A stretch of DNA of 8,608 bases from an uncultured archaeon (GCA_964565725.1 CAZMGA010000022.1:1-8608), one strand, 5' to 3'. Shown: positions 1 through 6,293, counted from the stretch's first letter. Notes: generated from the sequence alone by a model not told the origin. A program made the numbers and translations.

Positions 1-374
1 GTTCCACCACCTAAACCAGTAGTTAAGAACAACATATCTACTCCTCTTAATACTTCTTCTAAAGCAGATTTAGAAACTTCTGCTGCTTTTGCACCAACTT
101 CAGGATATCCACCAGCACCTAAACCTCTAGTAACTGATTTTCCAATTAATATTTTTACGATATCATCTGATAAAACAGCTAATTGTTGTTTATCTGTATT
201 TACTGCAACTAATTGTGCTCCACTAACACCCATTTCTGAGATTCTACTTACACTATTACAACCAGCTCCACCTGCACCTAATACCATAATTCTTGGTACT
301 CCGAATTCAGAAGAGTCGTTGTCACCAACCATTTTGGTTTCAGTTCTAACTACATCTTTAACCATAGACTTCAT
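1..374 (-). CDS. ftsZ: Cell-division GTPase FtsZ, N-terminal part (the gene starts in the window and continues past position 1)
   Basis: Reverse-strand translation from the ATG at 374-372 gives MKSMVKDVVRTETKMVGDNDSSEFGVPRIMVLGAGGAGCNSVSRISEMGVSGAQLVAVNTDKQQLAVLSDDIVKILIGKSVTRGLGAGGYPEVGAKAAEVSKSALEEVLRGVDMLFLTTGLGGG. It has the FtsZ/tubulin motifs GAGGAGCN, NTD and GLGAGGxPExG, and the start of the GGGTGxG signature. A GGAGGG Shine-Dalgarno (complement of 381-386) lies 6 nt upstream of the ATG. The ORF track omits it because it runs off the window edge. Confidence 0.85.
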   Translation of the reverse strand, partial: MKSMVKDVVRTETKMVGDNDSSEFGVPRIMVLGAGGAGCNSVSRISEMGVSGAQLVAVNTDKQQLAVLSDDIVKILIGKSVTRGLGAGGYPEVGAKAAEVSKSALEEVLRGVDMLFLTTGLGGG

Positions 375-456
375 TCCTATCCCTCCGAATGTCTAAATAT
401 AATATTTATATAGAATAAGAAAGATTCCTTTATAAATGTTTCTTCATTTTTACCTC

Positions 457-607
457 TTATGTATAATTAAGAATTTACATACAATTTATGTATATTAATC
501 GAACTTGTAAAAAAAGGTGTTATGTATAATATGAAGCTAACACTATAAAAATTACGTAATAATCCTACTTTTTTATTCATATAGTAAACAATATTATTAT
601 GTATATT
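457..607. repeat. Four direct copies of the 11-mer TTATGTATAWT in the ftsZ upstream / SRP RNA downstream spacer
   Basis: Exact 9-mer core TTATGTATA followed by AT or TT at 457-467, 486-496, 520-530 and 597-607. All copies are in the same orientation, spaced 29, 34 and 77 bp apart. Confidence 0.6.
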
Positions 608-657
608 TTACAAAAGCTTAACTAAATAAGTAAATAAATAAAATGATAAAAATAAGT

Positions 658-918
658 GAGGACTTCACTAAGTGAGCTTCAAGAATAATTACTGTAGACT
701 TAAATTTTACTCAGATCAGGTGGCCATAAACTGTTTAATAAAATACTACCTTTGCTCCCTTCCAGGCCTGGAGGATTCATAAATTACTAAACATTTAAGG
801 TCTGACCTTTCAACATAAAATTTAAGGCAATAATTCTCTATTCACCGCCTTAATGCATTCGACTCAGTTAAAGTGGATTTATCTGAATAGGAGACCACTA
901 ACCTCCCATCTAGTCCTC
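658..918 (-). ncRNA. Signal recognition particle RNA (archaeal-type 7S/SRP RNA), compact at about 261 nt
   Basis: The minus-strand RNA starts GAGGACUAGAUGGGAGGUUAGUGGUCUCC, resembling the archaeal SRP Alu-domain 5' end GGCUAGGCnGGGnGGUU as I recall it. Its 3' end AGUCCUC pairs 7/7 with the 5' GAGGACU to form the terminal helix. The minus-strand sequence CCAGGCCUGGAAGGGAGCAAAGG (complement of roughly 752-774) matches the universal helix 8 motif CAGGuCCGGAAGGaAGCA..AAGG with a GGAA tetraloop. The region is clearly more GC-rich than the flanking spacer, and a T-rich run follows the 3' end. Boundaries are approximate, about +/-10 nt. Confidence 0.8.
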
Positions 919-936
919 AATAATATATAAAACGAG

Positions 937-950
937 ATATTTAAAAGGTT
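937..950 (-). promoter_or_regulatory. BRE/TATA-like element AACCTTTTAAATAT upstream of the SRP RNA gene
   Basis: The minus-sense sequence is AACCTTTTAAATAT. Its TATA-like core is centred about 24-25 nt upstream of the inferred SRP RNA 5' end at 918. A near-identical AACCTTTTTATA sits at a similar distance upstream of the exonuclease gene ATG at 4032. A second similar copy (complement of 953-967) lies just upstream. Confidence 0.4.
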
Positions 951-1024
951 AACTTAAAAAGGTTTTGTTTTTAAATATTATGATATTAGAAAATATATAC
1001 TATTTATATATATAGTAAAATTAT

Positions 1025-1096
1025 GTCCCGTTAGCACAGCGGTGGTGCGTCCGACTGTTAATCGGGAGGTCGCAGGTTCGAATCCTGCACGGGACG
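1025..1096 (+). tRNA. tRNA-Asn (anticodon GTT)
   Basis: Hand-folded 72-nt cloverleaf. Acceptor gtcccgt/acgggac, D arm gcac-agcggtg-gtgc, anticodon arm tccga-ctGTTaa-tcggg, variable loop aggtc, T arm gcagg-ttcgaat-cctgc, discriminator g. CCA is not encoded. Confidence 0.9.
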
Positions 1097-1138
1097 TTAG
1101 GATTCGTAGTATGCTTGAACGCATGTGAAACATACAAA

Positions 1139-1180
1139 GCGTCGACTGATTTTGCGGGCGTGAGGATCCTACACGGGACG
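1139..1180 (+). pseudogene. Decayed partial copy of the tRNA-Asn 3' portion (D-stem 3' strand through the 3' end); not a foldable tRNA
   Basis: gcgtcgactg (1139-1148) matches gcgtccgactg (1047-1057) apart from a 1-nt deletion. cggg (1155-1158) matches 1063-1066. atcctAcacgggacgtta (1166-1183) matches atcctGcacgggacgtta (1082-1099) at 17/18, including an exact 12-mer cacgggacgtta. The T-loop ttcga is deleted and there is no 5' half. Confidence 0.65.
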
Positions 1181-1236
1181 TTAAATAATTATATAGTTTT
1201 TAAATTAAACTTTTATCTTTACAATAGATAAATTTT

Positions 1237-1319
1237 GCTGGGATGGCGGAGTGGTTAACGCGCTAGACTGCTAATCTAGTCTCTCCCAAGAGGCGAGGGT
1301 TCGAATCCCTCTTCCAGCG
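1237..1319 (+). tRNA. tRNA-Ser (anticodon GCT), class II with a long variable arm
   Basis: 83-nt fold. Acceptor gctggga/ttccagc (one G-U pair), D arm gcggagtggttaacgc, anticodon arm ctaga-ctGCTaa-tctag, variable arm tctctcccaagaggc (stem ctct/agag), T arm gaggg-ttcgaat-ccctc, discriminator g. Confidence 0.9.
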
Positions 1320-1365
1320 TAATAATATGTTTTCTTAAAAGAAAAAAAATCCTTTAAATGGATTT

Positions 1366-1439
1366 GGCCTGGTAGCTCAGCCTGGTAGAGCATTAGACTC
1401 TTAATCTAAGCGTCGCGGGTTCGAATCCCGTCCAGGTCA
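1366..1439 (+). tRNA. tRNA-Lys (anticodon CTT)
   Basis: 74-nt fold. Acceptor ggcctgg/ccaggtc (one G-U pair), D arm gctc-agcctggta-gagc, anticodon arm ttaga-ctCTTaa-tctaa, variable loop gcgtc, T arm gcggg-ttcgaat-cccgt, discriminator a. Confidence 0.9.
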
Positions 1440-1557
1440 TATGTATCTTAAGGTAAATTTTCTCCTTTTTTAAAAAGGATTTGTCGCATTATCGAGTTAA
1501 ACGAAGATTGATGCTTGGTTTTGGGCACACAGTAGCCTTTTTTTAAAAGGGTTTGTT

Positions 1558-1640
1558 GCAGGGATGGCGGAGTGGTCTAACGCGCCAGTCTGGAAAGCTG
1601 GTCTCCACCGGAGGCAGGGGTTCAAATCCCCTTTCCTGCG
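1558..1640 (+). tRNA. tRNA-Ser (anticodon GGA), class II with a long variable arm
   Basis: 83-nt fold. Acceptor gcaggga/ttcctgc (one G-U pair), D arm gcggagtggtctaacgc, anticodon arm ccagt-ctGGAaa-gctgg, variable arm tctccaccggaggc, T arm agggg-ttcaaat-cccct, discriminator g. Confidence 0.9.
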
Positions 1641-1667
1641 TAAATAGTTTTTATATAAAGTGAAAAA

Positions 1668-3428
1668 ATGAACATAATTAATTTTTTTAAAAAAAACTAT
1701 TTAAAAATTAGTTTTTATATTTTATTAGTTTTAATTCCAGTTTTAATACTCTTAATATTTTCAAATTATAATATTTCTGAACTAATAATTAAGTTTATCA
1801 CTTGTAATTCAATTTATTTTTTATGTTTATTTTCTATAAGCTATATTAAAAATAAAATAATTAATAATATTTTAAAAATTATATTTATTATATATTATAT
1901 ATTAAATTACATATCTTTAATATATTTAATAATAACAAATACCCAATTAAGCATAGGTATAATTTTAGAATACAATATTTTAGACTTATTACATGGGTTA
2001 TGGGGTATATTAAATGTTAGTTTAATTTTAATACCTATATTTATTATATTATTTAGCTATTTTTTTAATAAAACTTTTAAATTCAACAATAAAACATCTA
2101 AATTAAAAATATTAATTCTTATATTTTTAGTATTATTAACAAACATTTTAATTCTATTTGATGGAGATTTACTATTATCTAATTTAAAATATAATAATAT
2201 ATCTGAAGAATATAAAGAAAACCAAATAGTTTTCTTCCCAAAAAATGATTTTAGTACTAATTCTAATGAAAATATATTTATTTTACAATTAGAATCTTTA
2301 AATTCATTAGTAGTCAATAAAGATTACACTCCTAATTTTTACAAAATTTCTGAAAATGGAGTATTAATAAAGAATTTTTATGGTAATAGTGTAAGAACAA
2401 ATAGAGCTCAAGAGAATATATTATGTGGTATAAATGGAAATTTAAAAAGATCCTATTCTTATAATCCAGAATTAATAAAAAACAAATGCTTACCAGAAAT
2501 ATTAAAAGAAAATGGATATAAAACAATAGCCTTTAGATCTGATAGTTTGGAATTTACCAACACAGGTAATTTTTTCAAAGACATAGGATTTGAAGAAGTA
2601 CATTTTAAAGATATTATGTATGAAGAGGATATAAAACAACCTTGGGGTTATGACGACAAAATATTTTATGAAAGAATATTTGAATATTTAAACAAAAATT
2701 ATAAAGATCAAAACAAACTTTTTATTTATGTAGAAGTATCTTCACATCATTATCCTTTTAATGATAATAATTTTAATCAATTAATTTTTAACGAACCAAA
2801 AGACTTTAATGAAAATTATATTAATTCAGTTTATAATCAAGATTCTGCACTAAAAGATTTTTATAAATATTATAAAAATTATACTAATAACTCTAATAAT
2901 TCACATTTATTTATTTTTGGAGATCATAGCTGGCCAATTGGAATAAATAATAATACTATGAATGAAGTAGGACATTATGAAGATAATTTCAAAACATCAT
3001 TAATAGTTATTCCTAAAAAAGATTCTGATTATATTCAAAATGGAAAAATTATTGATAAAAGATTTAGTGAAGTTGATTTAATACCCACAATATTTTCAAT
3101 ATTAAACAAAAACGAATATAAAAATTCTTTTGAGCCAATATTAAAAAACGAAAAATTAACAAAATATGACAATTGCCAAATGTTAATTCAATATCAAAAC
3201 GATGTATCAATAAATATAGTAAAATATCCTAAAAAATACACTTATTTATTAGACTTAAAAAAAATACATTATTTAAATTTAGAACTAGACCCTTATGAAA
3301 AAAATGAAATCATTTTAGATGAAAATGTAGAACTTTTAGATTTTTTAGCACAATATGGTTGTGAAAGATATTTAGATTATAATAATTTTTATATTGAAAC
3401 CAAATTAAATATTAATCCCATACATTAA
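1668..3428 (+). CDS. Membrane-bound alkaline-phosphatase-superfamily transferase, LtaS/OpgB/EptA-like (5 N-terminal TM helices plus an extracytoplasmic sulfatase-fold domain)
   Basis: 586-aa ORF. The first ~170 aa contain about five hydrophobic helices, for example YILLVLIPVLILLIFS, IYFLCLFSISYI, IIFIIYYILNYISLIYLII, VSLILIPIFIILFSYFF and ILILIFLVLLTNILILF. The soluble domain has LtaS-type metal and nucleophile motifs: LQLESLN (Glu), GNSVRTNRAQE (candidate Thr nucleophile), SSHHYPF, and FGDHSWP (Asp-His). There is no CxPxR or SxPxR formylglycine motif, so it is a Thr-type transferase rather than a true sulfatase. Confidence 0.8.
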   Translation: MNIINFFKKNYLKISFYILLVLIPVLILLIFSNYNISELIIKFITCNSIYFLCLFSISYIKNKIINNILKIIFIIYYILNYISLIYLIITNTQLSIGIILEYNILDLLHGLWGILNVSLILIPIFIILFSYFFNKTFKFNNKTSKLKILILIFLVLLTNILILFDGDLLLSNLKYNNISEEYKENQIVFFPKNDFSTNSNENIFILQLESLNSLVVNKDYTPNFYKISENGVLIKNFYGNSVRTNRAQENILCGINGNLKRSYSYNPELIKNKCLPEILKENGYKTIAFRSDSLEFTNTGNFFKDIGFEEVHFKDIMYEEDIKQPWGYDDKIFYERIFEYLNKNYKDQNKLFIYVEVSSHHYPFNDNNFNQLIFNEPKDFNENYINSVYNQDSALKDFYKYYKNYTNNSNNSHLFIFGDHSWPIGINNNTMNEVGHYEDNFKTSLIVIPKKDSDYIQNGKIIDKRFSEVDLIPTIFSILNKNEYKNSFEPILKNEKLTKYDNCQMLIQYQNDVSINIVKYPKKYTYLLDLKKIHYLNLELDPYEKNEIILDENVELLDFLAQYGCERYLDYNNFYIETKLNINPIH

Positions 3429-4032
3429 AACTATTACTTTCTTTAATTCTGTTTAAAATATTTACTTTCCATTGTTTAATATCATTATTATTAACAATAT
3501 TTCCTTTTGCTTTATTTAAAACAAAATTATATAATACTTCTAAATTAACAATATCTTCAAAATTATATTTAACTAACTTATTTAATGATTCTTTATTACC
3601 TTTTTTATAATTACGCCATAATTTTACTGCTTCAGAACCATTTACTCCTAAAACAGCTTCATTTCTAGATAAACCTAAAACATTTTCAATATTCTTTAAA
3701 CCACCAGTATATCCTAACTCTCTTAAAGGATACATTATATCCAAAGATATAAAATCACAATTTAAACCATAACAAGCATTAATGAAAGGAATATCAAAAC
3801 GATTACCATTAAATGTAATAATATAATTATAATTTTTTATATCTTGTAAAGCTTTATTATGATTATTTTTATCAACATAAATATTAGTATCAATTAAAGA
3901 ATGTAAACCTATCAAAGAGATATCATTATCATAAACACTCAAACCAGTAGTTTCAATATCTAAAAAACCAATCTTATTAAAATTTTCACAATTTTCTTTT
4001 ATTTCTTTAATAGTGTTTATTTTATACATCAT
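3412..4032 (-). CDS. RNase H-fold (DEDD-like) predicted 3'-5' exonuclease, YprB/COG3359-like
   Basis: 206-aa ORF with FLDIETTGL (Exo I, DxE), ITFNGNRFDIPF (Exo II) and YNFEDIVNL (Exo III-like) motifs. It starts with tandem ATG ATG (4032-4027). AACCTTTTTATA lies about 20-28 nt upstream and no SD is visible, so the mRNA may be leaderless. Confidence 0.75.
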   Translation of the reverse strand: MMYKINTIKEIKENCENFNKIGFLDIETTGLSVYDNDISLIGLHSLIDTNIYVDKNNHNKALQDIKNYNYIITFNGNRFDIPFINACYGLNCDFISLDIMYPLRELGYTGGLKNIENVLGLSRNEAVLGVNGSEAVKLWRNYKKGNKESLNKLVKYNFEDIVNLEVLYNFVLNKAKGNIVNNNDIKQWKVNILNRIKESNSFNVWD

Positions 4033-4042
4033 ATATAAAAAT

Positions 4043-4088
4043 AAAAAAAGTATAAAAAGGTTTCAATAAAAATAACAATACCTTTTTA
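4043..4088 (-). terminator. Inverted repeat plus T7 run downstream of metG, overlapping the promoter-like element of the exonuclease gene
   Basis: Perfect 9-bp inverted repeat taaaaaggt (4053-4061) / accttttta (4080-4088) with an 18-nt loop. In transcript sense it is followed by a run of 7 T (complement of 4043-4049). Oligo-T is the usual archaeal termination signal. Confidence 0.4.
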
Positions 4089-4096
4089 ATATTTAT

Positions 4097-5572
4097 CTAA
4101 AATTCAAACTTTTCAATTTTAGGAAATAGTATTTTTGGAGTTATATTTCCAACTTTAATAAATTTTAATTCTTTTGTATTCAAATTATAATAATCTTTTA
4201 AATTTAAGCTTTGAAATTCAAAAATATTTCTAGCTTCAATTATTTTATTAGGCATTAAAGGATATAATAATAAAGTTAAAATGTTTATACCTTGAATTAA
4301 ATTAAACATTACTTTTTCAGTTTTATGTTTATTTTCCTTTACTAATTTCCAAGGTTCATAATCATTAATATATTTATTTAAATATTGTGCAAATAGCATA
4401 ATTTTATTTAATGCATTTTGAATTCTAAATTCTTCCAAATCATTAAAAACATCATCATTTACTAATTGAATTTGTTTTAATAAATCGTTATCTAAATCTT
4501 GATCAATATTTAAATTTAATTCATTTTTTTGAGAAATAACTGCAACTCTATTTATTAAATTTCCTAAATTATTTGCTAATTCCAAATATTTTTCTTCAAA
4601 ATAATTTATATTAAAATCAGCATCTTCACCATAAGGCATTTGTTTTAATAAATAATATCTACCAACATCTACTCCGTACTTTGTTAAAGTTTCTATTGAT
4701 ACTACATTACCTATACTTTTAGACATTTTTTGACTTTCTACAGTCCACCAACCATGAACAAAAAACTTAGGTATTTCTTTACCCAAAGCAAATAAAATTG
4801 CAGGCCAATAAACTACATGAAACCACAAAATATCTTTACCTAATAAATGTATTGCAGGCCAATATTCTTTTTCATTAACACCAGACAAATAATTTAATAA
4901 AGCATCAAACCAAACATATGCTACGTGCTTTTTATCAAAAGGTAATTCTACACCCCAAGAAAAATTAGTTCTAGAAACAGATACATCTTTTAAACCCATA
5001 TTTATTCTATTCAAAATCATATTTTTATATTTTTTAGGATAAATAAAATCTGTTTCAAATAATTCTTTTAATTTACTTTCGTATTTAGATAATTTAAAAA
5101 AATAGGTTTCTTCTTCCATATCTATTACATTAGTTTTATGATCTGGGCATTTACCATCAATTAATTCATCTTCACCATAGTATCTTTCACAACCAACACA
5201 ATATTTTCCCTTATAAGTACCTTTATATAAATCTCCATTATCATATAATTTTTGAAAAACTTCTTGAACATATAATTCATGTTTTTTATCAGTAGTTCTA
5301 ATAAAATTATTATTTGAGGCATTAACTGTTTTCAAAGCTTCCTTAAAATGGATTACAATTGAATCCACAAATTCTTTTTCACTTTTTTTTGATTTTAATG
5401 CCGCTTCTGAAATCTTTTTTCCATGTTCATCAGTACCTGTCAAAAAAAATACATCATACCCTAAACTTTTATAATATCTAGATAAATAATCAGTACAAAT
5501 AGTAGTAAATGCATGTCCTATATGTGGTTTGTCATTAACATAATATATAGGAGTAGTAAAGTATTTTTTCAA
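4097..5572 (-). CDS. metG: Methionine--tRNA ligase (short form, no C-terminal tRNA-binding appendix)
   Basis: 491-aa ORF with the class I signatures TTPIYYVNDKPHIGH (HIGH) and KMSKS, plus a Zn-knuckle-like CVGCERYY...GKCPDH. The start is TTG (5572-5570), because the conserved N-terminus precedes the first in-frame ATG by about 150 codons. GGTGAT, formed by the end of the upstream HAD gene, sits 3 nt upstream. Confidence 0.95.
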   Translation of the reverse strand: MKKYFTTPIYYVNDKPHIGHAFTTICTDYLSRYYKSLGYDVFFLTGTDEHGKKISEAALKSKKSEKEFVDSIVIHFKEALKTVNASNNNFIRTTDKKHELYVQEVFQKLYDNGDLYKGTYKGKYCVGCERYYGEDELIDGKCPDHKTNVIDMEEETYFFKLSKYESKLKELFETDFIYPKKYKNMILNRINMGLKDVSVSRTNFSWGVELPFDKKHVAYVWFDALLNYLSGVNEKEYWPAIHLLGKDILWFHVVYWPAILFALGKEIPKFFVHGWWTVESQKMSKSIGNVVSIETLTKYGVDVGRYYLLKQMPYGEDADFNINYFEEKYLELANNLGNLINRVAVISQKNELNLNIDQDLDNDLLKQIQLVNDDVFNDLEEFRIQNALNKIMLFAQYLNKYINDYEPWKLVKENKHKTEKVMFNLIQGINILTLLLYPLMPNKIIEARNIFEFQSLNLKDYYNLNTKELKFIKVGNITPKILFPKIEKFEF

Positions 5573-6283
5573 TTAATCACCAATAATTTTTATTAAATCT
5601 TTAAAATTATATAATATATAATTAGGATTATATTTATTTTTTATGGCGTTTAATTCAGATTTTTTTATATTTTTAGGAATTATACCTCCATAATAACCAT
5701 AAAAAGCAAATGCTGTGTTCATGCCTATTTTTTTAGCATTTAAAACATCTCTATCAGGTCTATCTCCAACAAACAAAACCTCATTAGCCTCTATTTTTAA
5801 AATATCTAAAGCTTTTTCAAATGGTTTTGTAGTTTCTTTTGAGGCTTTTACATCATCAGCAGTAATAATCACATCAAAGAAATCTTCTAAACCTAATTCT
5901 ACTAATCTTAAATATGCTTGTAATTTAGGAGCATCACTCACTATACCTAATTTAATATTTTTTTTAATAAATTTTAATAATATTTTTTTAACTTCAGGAT
6001 AAGTTCTAGTTTCTGCGTCTTTAGTTTTTCTATAAGCATAAATTGCTTTTGCTAACACTTTATAATCATTTATTTTATGTTTTGCTAAAAACTTTTGAAA
6101 TATTTTTTGATTTTCTATACCTACTTTATCATATAAATTATAAATTTCTTTTTCTACGTTTTTATAATTTAAATTTAACCCTGAATCTTGCATAGCTAAT
6201 ATTGAGGCTTCTATAGATTTTTCTTTTCGTAATGCAAAATCCATTAAAGTATTATCTAAATCAAATAATATTGCCTTTATCAT
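5573..6283 (-). CDS. HAD-superfamily hydrolase, subfamily IA (phosphatase; substrate unknown)
   Basis: 236-aa ORF with motif I FDLDNTL, motif II IVSDA, motif III Lys in TTKPFEKAL, motif IV VGDRPDRD, and a helical cap between motifs I and II. A GTGAT SD lies 3 nt upstream of the ATG. Its stop codon abuts the metG start codon. Confidence 0.85.
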   Translation of the reverse strand: MIKAILFDLDNTLMDFALRKEKSIEASILAMQDSGLNLNYKNVEKEIYNLYDKVGIENQKIFQKFLAKHKINDYKVLAKAIYAYRKTKDAETRTYPEVKKILLKFIKKNIKLGIVSDAPKLQAYLRLVELGLEDFFDVIITADDVKASKETTKPFEKALDILKIEANEVLFVGDRPDRDVLNAKKIGMNTAFAFYGYYGGIIPKNIKKSELNAIKNKYNPNYILYNFKDLIKIIGD

Positions 6284-6293
6284 TAAATCACTT

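Noticed and set aside
461-530. TATAAT hexamers inside the repeats read as bacterial sigma-70 -10 boxes (with TTGTAA at 505-510 as a -35)
   Set aside because: The genomic context looks archaeal: FtsZ type, SRP RNA type and TATA/BRE-like promoters. The -35/-10 spacing would be 14 nt rather than about 17. TATAAT-like words are also expected by chance in DNA this AT-rich.
516-548. An 8-codon mini-ORF (ATG 522, MYNMKLTL, stop 546-548) preceded by AGGTG
   Set aside because: It is far too short to support from sequence alone. Its ATG is itself part of repeat copy 3, so the apparent SD-plus-ATG is probably incidental to the repeat.
457-607. CRISPR array, or a replication origin, formed by the TTATGTATAWT repeats
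   Set aside because: The repeats are only 11 nt long and their spacing is irregular (29, 34 and 77 bp). There are no cas genes and the units are far too short for CRISPR. For an origin there is no adjacent orc1/cdc6 gene and there are no ORB-like G-rich boxes. I reported it only as a candidate regulatory repeat.
375-657. A protein-coding gene or additional structured RNA in the 283-bp spacer
   Set aside because: Every frame is interrupted by frequent stops. The composition is uniformly very AT-rich, with no GC-enriched island of the kind that marks the SRP RNA and tRNAs. Only the short repeat motif stands out.
1139-1180. A second functional tRNA, or a split or intron-containing tRNA-Asn using the downstream 3' end
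   Set aside because: The first copy (1025-1096) is already a complete canonical cloverleaf. The downstream copy lacks a 5' acceptor and D half, its T arm cannot pair (gggcg versus cctac), and I could not build a convincing bulge-helix-bulge splice motif. I kept it as a pseudogene or relic rather than a gene.
2057-2526. Two minus-strand ORFs from the track (2057-2317, 86 aa; 2332-2526, 64 aa)
   Set aside because: Both lie entirely inside, and antisense to, the well-supported 586-aa transferase gene. Their sequences are low-complexity, Leu/Phe/Lys/Asn-rich products typical of antisense frames in AT-rich DNA. They have no SD or promoter context and no recognisable motifs.
5715-6002. Plus-strand 95-aa ORF from the track
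   Set aside because: It is fully embedded antisense within the HAD hydrolase gene, which has all four HAD motifs. The ORF has no recognisable domain or translation signals and is most likely a chance open frame.
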